Below, piece after piece: positions 17,668 to 27,226 of a DNA stretch of 64,000 nt; position 1 is the first letter of the stretch, and every line of letters starts with the position of its first letter. The notes below the pieces were generated by a model that was not told where the DNA came from, made no database searches, and was given only the letters and a program-made list of their open reading frames with translations. Both the position numbers and the translations under genes were made by a program. The stretch covers positions 512,330-576,329 of the forward strand of contig QZIT01000005.1 of the NCBI GenBank assembly GCA_003599145.1, given 5' to 3'. This stretch comes from Candidatus Woesearchaeota archaeon. Its GTDB lineage: Archaea; Nanobdellota; Nanobdellia; Woesearchaeales; UBA9642.

Positions 17668-18642
17668 ATGCCTCTTGACTTACTTGACAGAAAGCTTTTG
17701 TATGAACTTGACTCAAATAGCAGAAAGCCAATCAACCAAATTGCCAAGAAACTGAGGATAAATCGGACAGTCGCAGCATATAGGATAGATAGACTAAAAA
17801 AAGAAGGAATCATCAAGGGAACGTACACGCAAATCAATAATTTCTCACTCAAATATTACAGCTTCAGGATGTTCATCAAACTTGGCAATTTTACAGAAGA
17901 TAAGGAAAGCTCGCTCATCAACAACCTCGTAAAAGAAAAAAAATTGTTATGGCTTGCACGAGTGTTAGGAAAGTGGGACATTGATCTTATCTACATGACA
18001 AAAAGCATTTTTGAATTTGATACTTTTCAAAAGAATTTGTTGCTCAAATATAACGACATCATTGAAGAATATCAAACTGCACTCTTAACAAAAATAAATG
18101 ATTATCCGAAAGATTATTTGATTAACAAAGAACGCACACCTTTGAGCTTGAAGAAATCAATTAAGGAATCTTCATTTGAGCCAGACGGACTACATGAAAA
18201 GATTCTATTCTATCTCTCAGAAAATGCAAGCATGAATATCATTCATCTTGGGCAGAAAGTCGGAGCAAGCACAAATACTGTTAAGAAAAAGATGAAGGAA
18301 TTAATTCGTAACAAGATAATACTAGCATTTCGCCTTTTTATAGACACCAATAAGCTAGGTTATCAGTATTACAAACTCCACCTCACTTTGAGACATTATC
18401 GAGAAAAAGATTTGTATGAATTAACATCGTTTTTGGAATCAAAAAACTTCATGATAAGCACAGATCATTATCTTGGAGGGGAACATTTCGAGATAGAACT
18501 CCATATCGCAACAGAAAAGGAATATATAGACTTCATCTCTGAATTAATGAAAAGATATGGAAAGATAATCAAAGACCATTACGTAATAAAGTTTTACAAA
18601 GAACTGACCTATCGATATCTTCCTGTTATCGATACTGCTTAG
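17668..18642 (+). CDS. tandem-duplicated Lrp/AsnC-family transcriptional regulator (paralog of 10020..10973)
   Basis: 324 aa; LDRKLLYELDSNSRKPINQIAKKLRINRTVAAYRIDRLKKEGII HTH; second HTH/RAM module in C-terminal half. Confidence 0.65.
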   Translation: MPLDLLDRKLLYELDSNSRKPINQIAKKLRINRTVAAYRIDRLKKEGIIKGTYTQINNFSLKYYSFRMFIKLGNFTEDKESSLINNLVKEKKLLWLARVLGKWDIDLIYMTKSIFEFDTFQKNLLLKYNDIIEEYQTALLTKINDYPKDYLINKERTPLSLKKSIKESSFEPDGLHEKILFYLSENASMNIIHLGQKVGASTNTVKKKMKELIRNKIILAFRLFIDTNKLGYQYYKLHLTLRHYREKDLYELTSFLESKNFMISTDHYLGGEHFEIELHIATEKEYIDFISELMKRYGKIIKDHYVIKFYKELTYRYLPVIDTA

Positions 18643-19376
18643 TCATTCTCAACTCTAGGCGCTAGAATAAAGCTTAGTTGAACTCTGTCAACAACAAAAT
18701 AATCCAATCGCAGAGGATAATCCTTGCTGAAATGGATTCTTACCGTATCAGAAATTTTAGAACCCTGAATCATTTTTTTTAGATATTCAATCGAATACTT
18801 GCTTTTTACTTTTTCCTTTACTGCAATTTTGGTTTCTGTACTAGGAACAAGTTCAATGGTTGCCTTATTCAAATCTCCTGCAGCAGAAATAGTGAATTTT
18901 TTATCATCGCCTATAAAGCTGACGCTTTCTCCCACAACATCAACATCGTCAATAGCATCATTTAATGAAGATGAGGGCATAGTGATGTCAGCTTTAAACT
19001 GCAAATCAGGGACTTTCTGGTCTTTTTCTTCCAAATCAATAATGGGAAGGTAAAAGGTTCGTACAGAATTGCTTTTCAGAGTTATTTTAAACTGGCTGTC
19101 CTCAACTTCTAAACTTAGCGTATCATTTGCCTTTATTCTTCTTAAAACCTGCTTTAAATTGCTTAAGTTGATGGCAATCACTTCTGTTTCATCAACAGCA
19201 TACTCAGTAAAGGTGGTATTGAACAATTTGAAGATAATCATGGCCACATTAGCAGGATCCATGGCAACTAATTCAACATACTCTTTGGTTATGATAAATC
19301 TTGATTCTGTAACTAAGTCTGAAATGATGCTGACTGGTTCCTTAAAGAATTTTGTATCAACAAGCGAAAGTTTCAT
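18639..19376 (-). CDS. pcn: DNA polymerase sliding clamp PCNA
   Basis: 245 aa from MKLSLVDTKFFKEPVSIISDLVTE; PCNA two-domain pattern and C-terminal acidic tail. Confidence 0.88.
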   Translation of the reverse strand: MKLSLVDTKFFKEPVSIISDLVTESRFIITKEYVELVAMDPANVAMIIFKLFNTTFTEYAVDETEVIAINLSNLKQVLRRIKANDTLSLEVEDSQFKITLKSNSVRTFYLPIIDLEEKDQKVPDLQFKADITMPSSSLNDAIDDVDVVGESVSFIGDDKKFTISAAGDLNKATIELVPSTETKIAVKEKVKSKYSIEYLKKMIQGSKISDTVRIHFSKDYPLRLDYFVVDRVQLSFILAPRVEND

Positions 19377-19408
19377 GTTACCCCCTTCAAGCATGAATGT
19401 TCAAAGAT

Positions 19409-20158
19409 TTATAAAAGTTTTGATTTAAACTTAGCAGGGGTTGCCTTATTCCAATACACATTGAAAATAAGCTTCATGGCTTCTGCAAAGTCTTTGTTTT
19501 TTATGATAAATCCAATCAAATCTGTTTTATGGGTAAACATCGATACTTTATCTCCATAAATGAAAATCATAACAGGAAAATCCTTCATGGCATCATGAAA
19601 TCTTAACTCGCTTACTTTTTGATACTCCTTAGTGTGCAGAATAGGCTCATCAGTGTAATCATACACCATTTTTGCAGGTATCTGTTTTTCTATCCTTACT
19701 TTTCTCACATAATTAGGAAGGTGTTTCAGCACTTTTAACGAATTCTGATAACCTCCAAAATAGTACACCTGCTGTTTTACTCTCACTAAATCTGAAAGAA
19801 TAGTATGAACGCCTTTAAATCCTTCATACATGACGATGCTTGAAGATGATTTTACTGATTTTGCCAAAGTATTGAGCTCAGGAAGAGCCTCTGCAATAAT
19901 CTGCTGTTTTTCAACAAGCTGGTCTCTCAGGGTTTCAGGCTCTGTTGTAGAATAATAGGTAACTTTTTCTTTGATGATGCTGGCAACCAATCCTTTATTC
20001 TTCAAGTATTCAAGAGTATGATAAACTGTCGAACGAGGATAGCTTAATCGCTTGGAAATATCGTGCAAAGTTACACTCCCTAAAGGAAGCAATTCCAAAT
20101 AGACTGCAATTTCTTTTTCGTTAAGGCCAAAGGCTTCAAGAGCATAGCGAATATCCAT
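19409..20158 (-). CDS. TrmB-family transcriptional regulator
   Basis: 249 aa; EAFGLNEKEIAVYLELLPLGSVTLHDISKRLSYPRSTVYHTLEYLKNKGLV wHTH; TATA GTTTATAAAC 21-30 nt upstream. Confidence 0.75.
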   Translation of the reverse strand: MDIRYALEAFGLNEKEIAVYLELLPLGSVTLHDISKRLSYPRSTVYHTLEYLKNKGLVASIIKEKVTYYSTTEPETLRDQLVEKQQIIAEALPELNTLAKSVKSSSSIVMYEGFKGVHTILSDLVRVKQQVYYFGGYQNSLKVLKHLPNYVRKVRIEKQIPAKMVYDYTDEPILHTKEYQKVSELRFHDAMKDFPVMIFIYGDKVSMFTHKTDLIGFIIKNKDFAEAMKLIFNVYWNKATPAKFKSKLL

Positions 20159-20210
20159 AGCGGAACAAAGTTATACATGTTTATAAACTTTGCCGTTCAT
20201 TTTGGACAGC

Positions 20211-20259
20211 AAAACTATATATATTTTAACCACTATTAAATAATAACAAAAGAGGTGAT
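20211..20259 (+). promoter_or_regulatory. TATA element AAAACTATATATATTTT plus 5'UTR with GAGGTGAT Shine-Dalgarno
   Basis: read directly; near-identical module at 11131..11179. Confidence 0.5.
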
Positions 20260-20264
20260 ACACA

Positions 20265-20660
20265 ATGAAAAACATAAAAAACAAGGTGAAAACAGGCATA
20301 GTATATGTATTATCCGCATTAGCAATAGGAGCATCTGCGTATCATGCAGGAAAAACAGTGCAAAAACAAGAAATAGCAGACAGACTTCATGAGGCATCAA
20401 GACAGGAATTGAATTGCGTAAGAAAAGAAGGACCTTATGCATTTATAGAAAGCTTTATCATATTGTCTGATCCTCAGTATGACACCCTTCCAAGATTGCC
20501 CTCAAGCCTTAAAGCATTAAACCTGCAGAACATCCCTACAGATATTGTTGAGACACTTGAAAGCGGAAAAAGCATTCCGGAAGGCGTTTATGCAACAAAG
20601 GAAGCTGGATACATTCAACAGGCGGCAAACTTAGAATTGCTTGCAAGAAACCTAGAATAA
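20265..20660 (+). CDS. small hypothetical protein, N-terminal paralog of 11185..11472
   Basis: 131 aa; same upstream module (AAAACTATATA...AATAACAAAAGAGGTGATACACA-ATG); hydrophobic N-terminal segment. Confidence 0.45.
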   Translation: MKNIKNKVKTGIVYVLSALAIGASAYHAGKTVQKQEIADRLHEASRQELNCVRKEGPYAFIESFIILSDPQYDTLPRLPSSLKALNLQNIPTDIVETLESGKSIPEGVYATKEAGYIQQAANLELLARNLE

Positions 20661-21365
20661 TTTTTTAAAATACTCCTCTGCTTTTTGCCTTAAAACAGGC
20701 TTTCCAATATCTGCCCAAAAACCCTTAGGAAGCCATGCGTGGAAGTCTTTAAACCACTCTCTGGCAAGCTGTTCTATAGGCGGAGCGTTGGGTCCTTTAT
20801 ACCTTACGAATCCAGGAATATGCTGTTTGTGCACACCGTAAATGTCTAAGATTACAAAAGGATGTTCTGTTCCTGGGTTAGCAAAGGAATAGCTTCCATC
20901 AATAAGTCTCCCTCCTTGAAGATTGCAGGTTGCAAAATTAAATTTTCCTGAAGGAAATCCTGAAAAATGACGAACAGCTACGGCATTTGACTGCACTCGT
21001 TCCATTTCCTTCAACAATCCTGCAAGAGAAAAATCAAACAAATTGTCATCTGCCAAAATCAAGGCATGTTCATCAATTCCCAATTGGCTTAAACCGCTGA
21101 CGTACATATTTACAGGGTCTGTAGGGCCAGAGGGAACTTGGATGTCTACAGGAACAGGTGTCTGGGAAAGCATTGCCCTATAAGACTGTTCATGCTCTTT
21201 ATTAACATAAACGAGCACAGGAGGAGTTATGTTTATATCTGCCAACCGTTCAAGCGTATGCTGTATAACCGGTTTACCTCCAAAATGCAATAACCCTCTA
21301 ATTTCAGAAACCCTGTCATTTCCTAGAGAATCTTTTGCTCCATACGCATTGATAAACGCCCTCAT
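20652..21365 (-). CDS. sugar-phosphate nucleotidyltransferase-fold protein
   Basis: 237 aa; NTP_transferase-like N-terminal signature LLHFGGKPVIQHTLERL, ILADDNLF. Confidence 0.55.
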   Translation of the reverse strand: MRAFINAYGAKDSLGNDRVSEIRGLLHFGGKPVIQHTLERLADINITPPVLVYVNKEHEQSYRAMLSQTPVPVDIQVPSGPTDPVNMYVSGLSQLGIDEHALILADDNLFDFSLAGLLKEMERVQSNAVAVRHFSGFPSGKFNFATCNLQGGRLIDGSYSFANPGTEHPFVILDIYGVHKQHIPGFVRYKGPNAPPIEQLAREWFKDFHAWLPKGFWADIGKPVLRQKAEEYFKKLF

Positions 21366-21397
21366 GGGCTGCAGAAGTATTTTTCAATTTATAAAAC

Positions 21398-22705
21398 TTA
21401 AGGAATCTTTACTCGTTCATTATTGCCTAAAATATACACATCGCTTTCCTTATAGCCTATTTCCAATGCAAGCTGTTTTAATGCAAGCAATTTGGGAAGC
21501 TCTGCATGGGCAGGAATAATTTTTTCAGGTTTTACCAATTGCAATAAGTCCCTTAAATCTTCCCTTGAACCATGGCCGCTGACATGAATATCTTTAAAGA
21601 TTCTGACCTTTCTTTTTCTCAATTCTTCTTCCAAAGACTCTCTGTTTTTGATACTGATGGGTGTTGGAATAATCTTGCAGGAAAAGATGACAACATCATC
21701 TGGTTTAAAGTTAAAAAATTTGAGCATTTTTGATAGCGTTGCTTTAGGCTCTCCCTGATGTCCTGTAACGACAAAGAGGTAATCTTGAGGGCGTTTTACG
21801 GTTTTAATGAACTTCTGTATTTTTTCTCCATATTTTACCATTTCAACTTCCTTGCTGAATTTGACCAATCCAACTTTTTCTGCAGCTTCAACATATTTTG
21901 ACAGAGACCTGCCTAAAAAAACAATTTTCCTGTTCAGTTGATTGCCAAAATCGATGATGGATTTCAATCGTTCAATATGAGAGGAAAAAGTGGTAACAAC
22001 AACGGCGTTGTTTTTTGCATTGGTTGAAATAAAAACATCTCGTAACATTTCTTTTGCAACTCGTTCACTGGGAGTTTTCATGGCTGCATCAGCGTATAAA
22101 GAATCAATAACCATGATTCTTGGCTTTAATGAACGCAATTTGTTAAATGATGGTGTTTTTCCAAGCACAGGAAACAAGTCTAACTTGAAATCGTTTGCAT
22201 AAAGCACCGTGCCGTATTTTGTATAAATGGCTATCAAGGCTGTTTGTGGTGTTGAATGCGTCATGCTGATTAATTCTACCGTAATGTTTTGAGACAGTTT
22301 GAAAGGCGTATCTAGCTTCTCTGTTTTTAACTGATTTCGCATGTAGGTTTTTTTATCATCCAGCATTGCTCTCAATACTTCAATAGTAAACGGAGAACCG
22401 TGAATGTCTGCCTTGAACTTATTAGCTAGAAAGGGAACTGCTCCTATATGGTCTAAATGAGCATGCCCTAAAATGATGCCTACAACCTTATCTTTCCAGT
22501 CTCCCATGACAAAAACATCAGGAGCTGCGTTATGCTCTATTAATTTTTTCCCTGAAATCTCAACAACATCCTCATCTTGGGTATAGGCAACATATTCTTC
22601 CATTTTCAATCCTAAATCCAGAATAACAACTTCATTATCCACTCTGACTGCAGTGCAGTTCCTTCCAACTTCCTTAAAACCGCCAAGGGTTAAAACTTCA
22701 ATCAT
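21398..22705 (-). CDS. rnj: archaeal RNase J (beta-CASP metallo-beta-lactamase ribonuclease)
   Basis: 435 aa; HAHLDHIGAVP (HxHxDH), beta-CASP region, C-terminal H motif HVSGHGS. Confidence 0.85.
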   Translation of the reverse strand: MIEVLTLGGFKEVGRNCTAVRVDNEVVILDLGLKMEEYVAYTQDEDVVEISGKKLIEHNAAPDVFVMGDWKDKVVGIILGHAHLDHIGAVPFLANKFKADIHGSPFTIEVLRAMLDDKKTYMRNQLKTEKLDTPFKLSQNITVELISMTHSTPQTALIAIYTKYGTVLYANDFKLDLFPVLGKTPSFNKLRSLKPRIMVIDSLYADAAMKTPSERVAKEMLRDVFISTNAKNNAVVVTTFSSHIERLKSIIDFGNQLNRKIVFLGRSLSKYVEAAEKVGLVKFSKEVEMVKYGEKIQKFIKTVKRPQDYLFVVTGHQGEPKATLSKMLKFFNFKPDDVVIFSCKIIPTPISIKNRESLEEELRKRKVRIFKDIHVSGHGSREDLRDLLQLVKPEKIIPAHAELPKLLALKQLALEIGYKESDVYILGNNERVKIP

Positions 22706-22744
22706 GCATGGATTGTTTCAGTGCAAGTATAAAAAGGTTTGGAA

Positions 22745-23329
22745 TTAACAAACTCCGTAGATTTCCTGGCATTTTGCTGTGTAATTATAGCCGGTATCTG
22801 CAAATGCAGTTTCTAAATTAGGACAAATTCCTGCAGTTTGAGCAACCTCGCAAAACCTTCTTGAAGGAGGAACTATGACAACGGTTTTAGTTTCCTTTCC
22901 TTTCAGTATTAACGTAAATACTGATGCATCTTCCAGGCAAAAAAAGTAAGGATAAGGAAGCTCCATGTCCTTAACAAAAAAAGAAGTAAATTCTTCATCG
23001 CTAAATAAAAATAAGTTTTCAGTCACATTTGCCCTTATCAAATTTCCAATAACAGGATAATTTCTCATCAAACCAGGATCAACATGCACGGTATCTGCAA
23101 AACAGATAGTGTTGTAAGATGAGGGAATGCTGTAGGTTTTTTCATCCAAAGCTCCAAATCCTAAATTCAAATTTTGTTCAAACGTTGTTTTAAACTGCAA
23201 TGCCTGCACTTCTTTATTGCGCTGGGAAAGCTTCTTAAAAGCGCTAAATCCTAAAAGCAAAATAACACCAACAACAATAATGACAAAAATGTAAATAATC
23301 AGATGACCCGTAACTTGTGATTTGCGCAT
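22745..23329 (-). CDS. membrane-anchored hypothetical protein
   Basis: 194 aa; single N-terminal TM helix. Confidence 0.4.
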   Translation of the reverse strand: MRKSQVTGHLIIYIFVIIVVGVILLLGFSAFKKLSQRNKEVQALQFKTTFEQNLNLGFGALDEKTYSIPSSYNTICFADTVHVDPGLMRNYPVIGNLIRANVTENLFLFSDEEFTSFFVKDMELPYPYFFCLEDASVFTLILKGKETKTVVIVPPSRRFCEVAQTAGICPNLETAFADTGYNYTAKCQEIYGVC

Positions 23330-23400
23330 AATAGATTTGTATGAAGAGTATTATTAAAGGTTTCGATAACTATTTATAACATGCTGAAAACAGATGCTCT

Positions 23401-23742
23401 ATGAGAATACCCAAGCAATACGGTTACAGTCATGTAGACAGATGCCCTTTTTGTTCTATGCAGGCAACAACGAAAAATAACCAAGGAATACCCGTATGCT
23501 CAAAGCATAAAAATGCGTCATTACAGGACATGAGATGTCTTTGCGGAGAATTGCTTGAATTAAAAGAAGGCAAATTCGGCATTTATTTCAGATGCGAACG
23601 CTGCGGCAATGTCAATGCAAAAAGAGTGTTTGAAACAAACAACATTAAGAATGATGTGGAAGATATATCGAGAGAAGCACCTAAAACCAGCAAAAGAGCA
23701 GAAATCACAACTACTTCTGATGATCCCTTGTATTTTGATTAA
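23401..23742 (+). CDS. zinc-ribbon protein (two CxxC pairs plus CxC)
   Basis: 113 aa; CPFC...CSKH...CLCGE...CERCGN. Confidence 0.45.
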   Translation: MRIPKQYGYSHVDRCPFCSMQATTKNNQGIPVCSKHKNASLQDMRCLCGELLELKEGKFGIYFRCERCGNVNAKRVFETNNIKNDVEDISREAPKTSKRAEITTTSDDPLYFD

Positions 23743-24041
23743 GGGATTGCCACTTGGCACTCCATAACTATTCCACTCTTCACGCATTCGCACGAAGAAG
23801 CAGTATTTGCATTTGAAAAACCGCTGAAGAGCATTCTTTTAAAGTATTCCTGAGAATATTTATAATCAGTATTCCTGCAGTCACCTATTTCTTTGTAGTA
23901 AACACAGGGTTTTGATTCACAAGAATCATGACACCCATCAACGCCACAAGCACCATCAAAAATAAAGAAGTAAAGAAAGAGTAAGAATCCTAATATCACA
24001 AGTCCTAGAATGACGAACAGAGTTAGCTTCCAAAGCTTCAT
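23739..24041 (-). CDS. small Cys-rich membrane protein
   Basis: 100 aa; N-terminal TM helix then CGVDGCHDSCESKPC...CECVKSG. Confidence 0.35.
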   Translation of the reverse strand: MKLWKLTLFVILGLVILGFLLFLYFFIFDGACGVDGCHDSCESKPCVYYKEIGDCRNTDYKYSQEYFKRMLFSGFSNANTASSCECVKSGIVMECQVAIP

Positions 24042-24098
24042 CTTGTTTATTATGACAGAATATCCTTATAAAAGTATTGTTTTAACCAGAAAATAGGT

Positions 24099-24199
24099 GC
24101 GGGGGAGAGGATTTGAACCCCTGAACCCACTAAGGGACTAGATTCCTCATCAGTGGAACTTGAGTCTAGCGCATTTGACCAGACTTTGCATACCCCCGC
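24099..24199 (-). tRNA. tRNA-Leu (anticodon CAA) with 15-nt intron between positions 37/38
   Basis: Reverse complement folds as GCGGGGG acceptor stem/CCCCCGC, 3-bp D-stem with UGG D-loop, anticodon stem CUAGA/UCUAG, loop CUCAAG + intron UUCCACUGAUGAGGA (plus coords 24144..24158), long variable stem-loop CCCUUAGUGGG, T-loop GGGGUUCAAAUCCUC; mature length 86 nt, no encoded CCA. Confidence 0.8.
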
Positions 24200-24233
24200 T
24201 TAGTTTTGAGAAATAGATGTTTGTTTTTAAAGC

Positions 24234-24617
24234 TTACGCAAGTTTTTTTAGCTTCCCTTTTACATTTTGCAAGGCGCTTTTTACATCGACGCTTTTAGAA
24301 GATCCTGTTTTTTTCTCTTGAACTTTCTTTTGAACTGTTTTTTTCTTTGGTTCTAGTTTAACTTGCTTTCCGTCCTTAGGAGCAAAGTGATAGTCAGGCA
24401 AATGCTCTGCAAGTTTGGATGCTAACAAATTAATTTCTCCTACCTGCACTTTTAATTTGTTCATCAGTTCGACTTTTTGCTTTCTTACCTGCTGTATTTT
24501 ATCTAGATTTTGCATGCTGGTTAAAACATCCTGGGAGCATTCCAAGATATTCCTTCGTAGTTCAGAAGGTTTCTTGACATGCACATACAATTCTTGTTCT
24601 GGTTTTTTCTCGTTCAT
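24234..24617 (-). CDS. coiled-coil K/Q-rich hypothetical protein (3rd gene of coupled operon)
   Basis: 127 aa; ATGA overlap with upstream gene. Confidence 0.45.
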   Translation of the reverse strand: MNEKKPEQELYVHVKKPSELRRNILECSQDVLTSMQNLDKIQQVRKQKVELMNKLKVQVGEINLLASKLAEHLPDYHFAPKDGKQVKLEPKKKTVQKKVQEKKTGSSKSVDVKSALQNVKGKLKKLA

Positions 24618-24853
24618 ACGTTTGGCTCGAAAAGAGATTTATTAATGTACTCTATTTTTGCAGTTATCTGGTCTAAATGAGCAGACCAATCCTCTAATTC
24701 TCTGTCCTCTTCATCCTTTAAATCATTTATTCTATTCAATGTTTCCTGGGCATCCTTGACCTTTTTTTTAATAACGTCAACAATGTCTAGAATGTCCTTA
24801 TAGTCATTGATTTTTACAAATACCGGTGCAAATTCTTCATCCATTAGTCTCAC
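24614..24853 (-). CDS. small acidic coiled-coil hypothetical protein (2nd gene of coupled operon)
   Basis: 79 aa; overlaps both neighbours by 4 nt. Confidence 0.45.
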   Translation of the reverse strand: MRLMDEEFAPVFVKINDYKDILDIVDVIKKKVKDAQETLNRINDLKDEEDRELEDWSAHLDQITAKIEYINKSLFEPNV

Positions 24854-25437
24854 CTTTCAAAAAGCGTTGTATCCATATAGGTTAATCGATCGTTGATAAA
24901 AGCCAAATCGTCATGGTATTTTTGGTAAAGCTTATTCATGTTTCCCGAGATATCTTTAATGCGCAATACGGTTGTAAAGCTTTTTTGCGTCAATGCGTTG
25001 ATGTTTTTAATATCTCTGAAGACCTTGCCATAATCCCTGATGTCAATGAACATGTTAAACTCATTCATCTCCTTTTTTGGCTGCGCAGTAATAGGAACAG
25101 TGTCAAATTCAGGAAGCTGGTCTAAGTCAGGCTCTGCTGGTTGTTCGAATGATTGCTCAGGCTGTTGAACCGCCAAATCTGAAAGAGCAAACTGTTCATT
25201 TTTTTCTGGTTCAGGCGTTAAAAACCCCTCTTTTTGCTTTTCCGGCTCTCCAATTTGCTCAATCGCGTGCTCAATGGCATTCAGTTCAGGGTCATCAGAA
25301 AGATAAACTTCTTTTTGCTCCTGCAAACCTTCAACATGATCCGGGATATCCCAAGATAAATTCTGGTCTTTGGGAGGTTTGGGAGGCATAGGCATCTCTA
25401 CATCAAGCGTGGTCTTTTTTTTAAATAAGTCAAACAT
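24850..25437 (-). CDS. acidic Pro/Glu-rich hypothetical protein with conserved-looking C-terminal domain (1st gene of coupled operon)
   Basis: ORF to 25464; likely start MFDLFKKK at 25437. Confidence 0.45.
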   Translation of the reverse strand: MFDLFKKKTTLDVEMPMPPKPPKDQNLSWDIPDHVEGLQEQKEVYLSDDPELNAIEHAIEQIGEPEKQKEGFLTPEPEKNEQFALSDLAVQQPEQSFEQPAEPDLDQLPEFDTVPITAQPKKEMNEFNMFIDIRDYGKVFRDIKNINALTQKSFTTVLRIKDISGNMNKLYQKYHDDLAFINDRLTYMDTTLFER

Positions 25438-25582
25438 AGCTCTACCTCTGCTGAATACTAACAAAGAGACTATTAAAAGTTTTCTTATTATTTGAAAATG
25501 GTAAAAACACGTAAGCGTTACTCAACCATGCGTAAAATCTTCAGTTTTTCTGCCAAAACACATAATAAAGAGAAAAGCAACA

Positions 25583-27226
25583 TTGGTTTTCATGAAAAAA
25601 AGCATTTTCCTGTTGCTCTTGTTGATAATGCCTGTAGCAATGGCAGCACACATCAATGAAGTCATGTACAACCCATCAGGGGACGATAATAATAATGAAT
25701 TTGTAGAGATATTTGGAACAGACAATCTTTCAGGGTTCACTATAGGCGATAGCAATGCAAATGACAGTTTCGTGCTTTTGCAGCATGCTGATGGAAATTT
25801 CAGCTTGGTTGTTGAAGATGGCTTTAATTTTACAGGACTCAACTGCAGCATTTACAGCACTGGAGCAACTATAGGCGATAATCTAAACAACAATAATGAC
25901 GGCGTATTTCTTTATGAGCAGGAATTGATGGTGGACACTTTTTCTTACGACGGAAGCCTTGCAAACGGCAACGGAAAAAGCCTGAGTTTTATAGAAAATG
26001 AATGGAAAGAATCCTTGGCAATAGGAGGAACCCCTTGCAAAGAGAATACACTTGAAAACAGCCACATCAACAACACGAATCAGACCGCAAATGGCACGAT
26101 GAACAGTACCATCAATGATAGCATTAACCAATCCATAAATATCAGCTTGAATGTTACACTGAATGAAACCTTCAACAATACTGCAAACACAACCATCAAC
26201 AACACACAAAACATAACTATCAACATCACCATAAACACCACCCAAAATAACACGATGCATTCGTGCAACATCTCTATCTGGATAGAAACAGAAAAAAACA
26301 TCTATGAAAACAAAGAGACCGTTGCTTTTTACAACAAGCTTTCCAACAAATCAATAGACTTTGAAATAGAGTACTGGATTGAAGATGCCTTTGGGAATGT
26401 CATCAAGAAAAAAACAGTAACGCAAAACACAGACAAGAAGAGCTACACTCCAGATATCGAAGAGCACGATCTCGGACTCGTCATCAAAAGCAGATTGAAC
26501 GCGACGTCGTGCAGCAACGTTCAGCAAAATGACGCTGAAAAAGCAATCATAGTGCGCAAACCCGATTATCAACCCATTGTGTGTAATGCAACCCCCCATG
26601 TCACCTGCCCCATTTGCCCTACGGGTGAAAGGCAACAAAGATACATCACGTCCTTTTACACGAGGGCAAAGAAAGCAGGAATGATAAATATCTATGCTAA
26701 CATACAAGCAAACGGCAATGTTGATGTCGTTTTGTATACGGGGAATGAAAGCAGAAAGTTTGAAAAGCTCTTTAACGGTTCAGAAACACTGGACTTTTCA
26801 GTAAATAGCAAAGCGGGAAAAAATTATTATTTTCTTGAAGTGCAAAAGGACAACCAGACGCTTGACTTCAAGCAATTAATAGTATCCTTTCCTGAAAACA
26901 ATGCCAGTGCTCTTATCGAGCGTGCACCTATGGGCATATCAGAAAACAGGCAAAACAACCAATCTCATCTTATTACGGGAAGCGTTATCTATAGCTCAAG
27001 CAACGCAAAATTAAGAAACTATTTAAAATACGGGCTAATTGTCATAGGTATTGCAGGCGTGATTGTCTATGCCAAACATAAACATCAAAGAAAAGATAGA
27101 AAATGGATGGGTAAGAAGCAATATCATCTTCGAGGTAGTTGGCAATCCAAAAGAACACGTGGCAAAAACCCTGCAAGGGTATATCGAAAATTTGAAGAAA
27201 AACAAGGGCATCATTGTCCTGCATGA
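25583..27226 (+). CDS. secreted lamin-tail-domain (LTD) surface glycoprotein with C-terminal TM anchor
   Basis: 547 aa; signal peptide, INEVMYNPSGDDNNNEFVEIFGT LTD signature, long N-x-S/T sequon-rich low-complexity segment, C-terminal helix YGLIVIGIAGVIVY then basic tail. Confidence 0.65.
   Translation: MVFMKKSIFLLLLLIMPVAMAAHINEVMYNPSGDDNNNEFVEIFGTDNLSGFTIGDSNANDSFVLLQHADGNFSLVVEDGFNFTGLNCSIYSTGATIGDNLNNNNDGVFLYEQELMVDTFSYDGSLANGNGKSLSFIENEWKESLAIGGTPCKENTLENSHINNTNQTANGTMNSTINDSINQSINISLNVTLNETFNNTANTTINNTQNITINITINTTQNNTMHSCNISIWIETEKNIYENKETVAFYNKLSNKSIDFEIEYWIEDAFGNVIKKKTVTQNTDKKSYTPDIEEHDLGLVIKSRLNATSCSNVQQNDAEKAIIVRKPDYQPIVCNATPHVTCPICPTGERQQRYITSFYTRAKKAGMINIYANIQANGNVDVVLYTGNESRKFEKLFNGSETLDFSVNSKAGKNYYFLEVQKDNQTLDFKQLIVSFPENNASALIERAPMGISENRQNNQSHLITGSVIYSSSNAKLRNYLKYGLIVIGIAGVIVYAKHKHQRKDRKWMGKKQYHLRGSWQSKRTRGKNPARVYRKFEEKQGHHCPA
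26030..26260 (+). repeat. low-complexity Asn/Thr/Ile-rich (N-glycosylation sequon) coding segment
   Basis: NNTNQTANGTMNSTINDSINQSINISLNVTLNETFNNTANTTINNTQNITINITINTTQNNT. Confidence 0.6.

Noticed and set aside
25883-26707. Minus-strand ORFs overlapping the LTD glycoprotein gene
   Set aside because: Low-complexity antisense translations of the Asn/Thr-rich region
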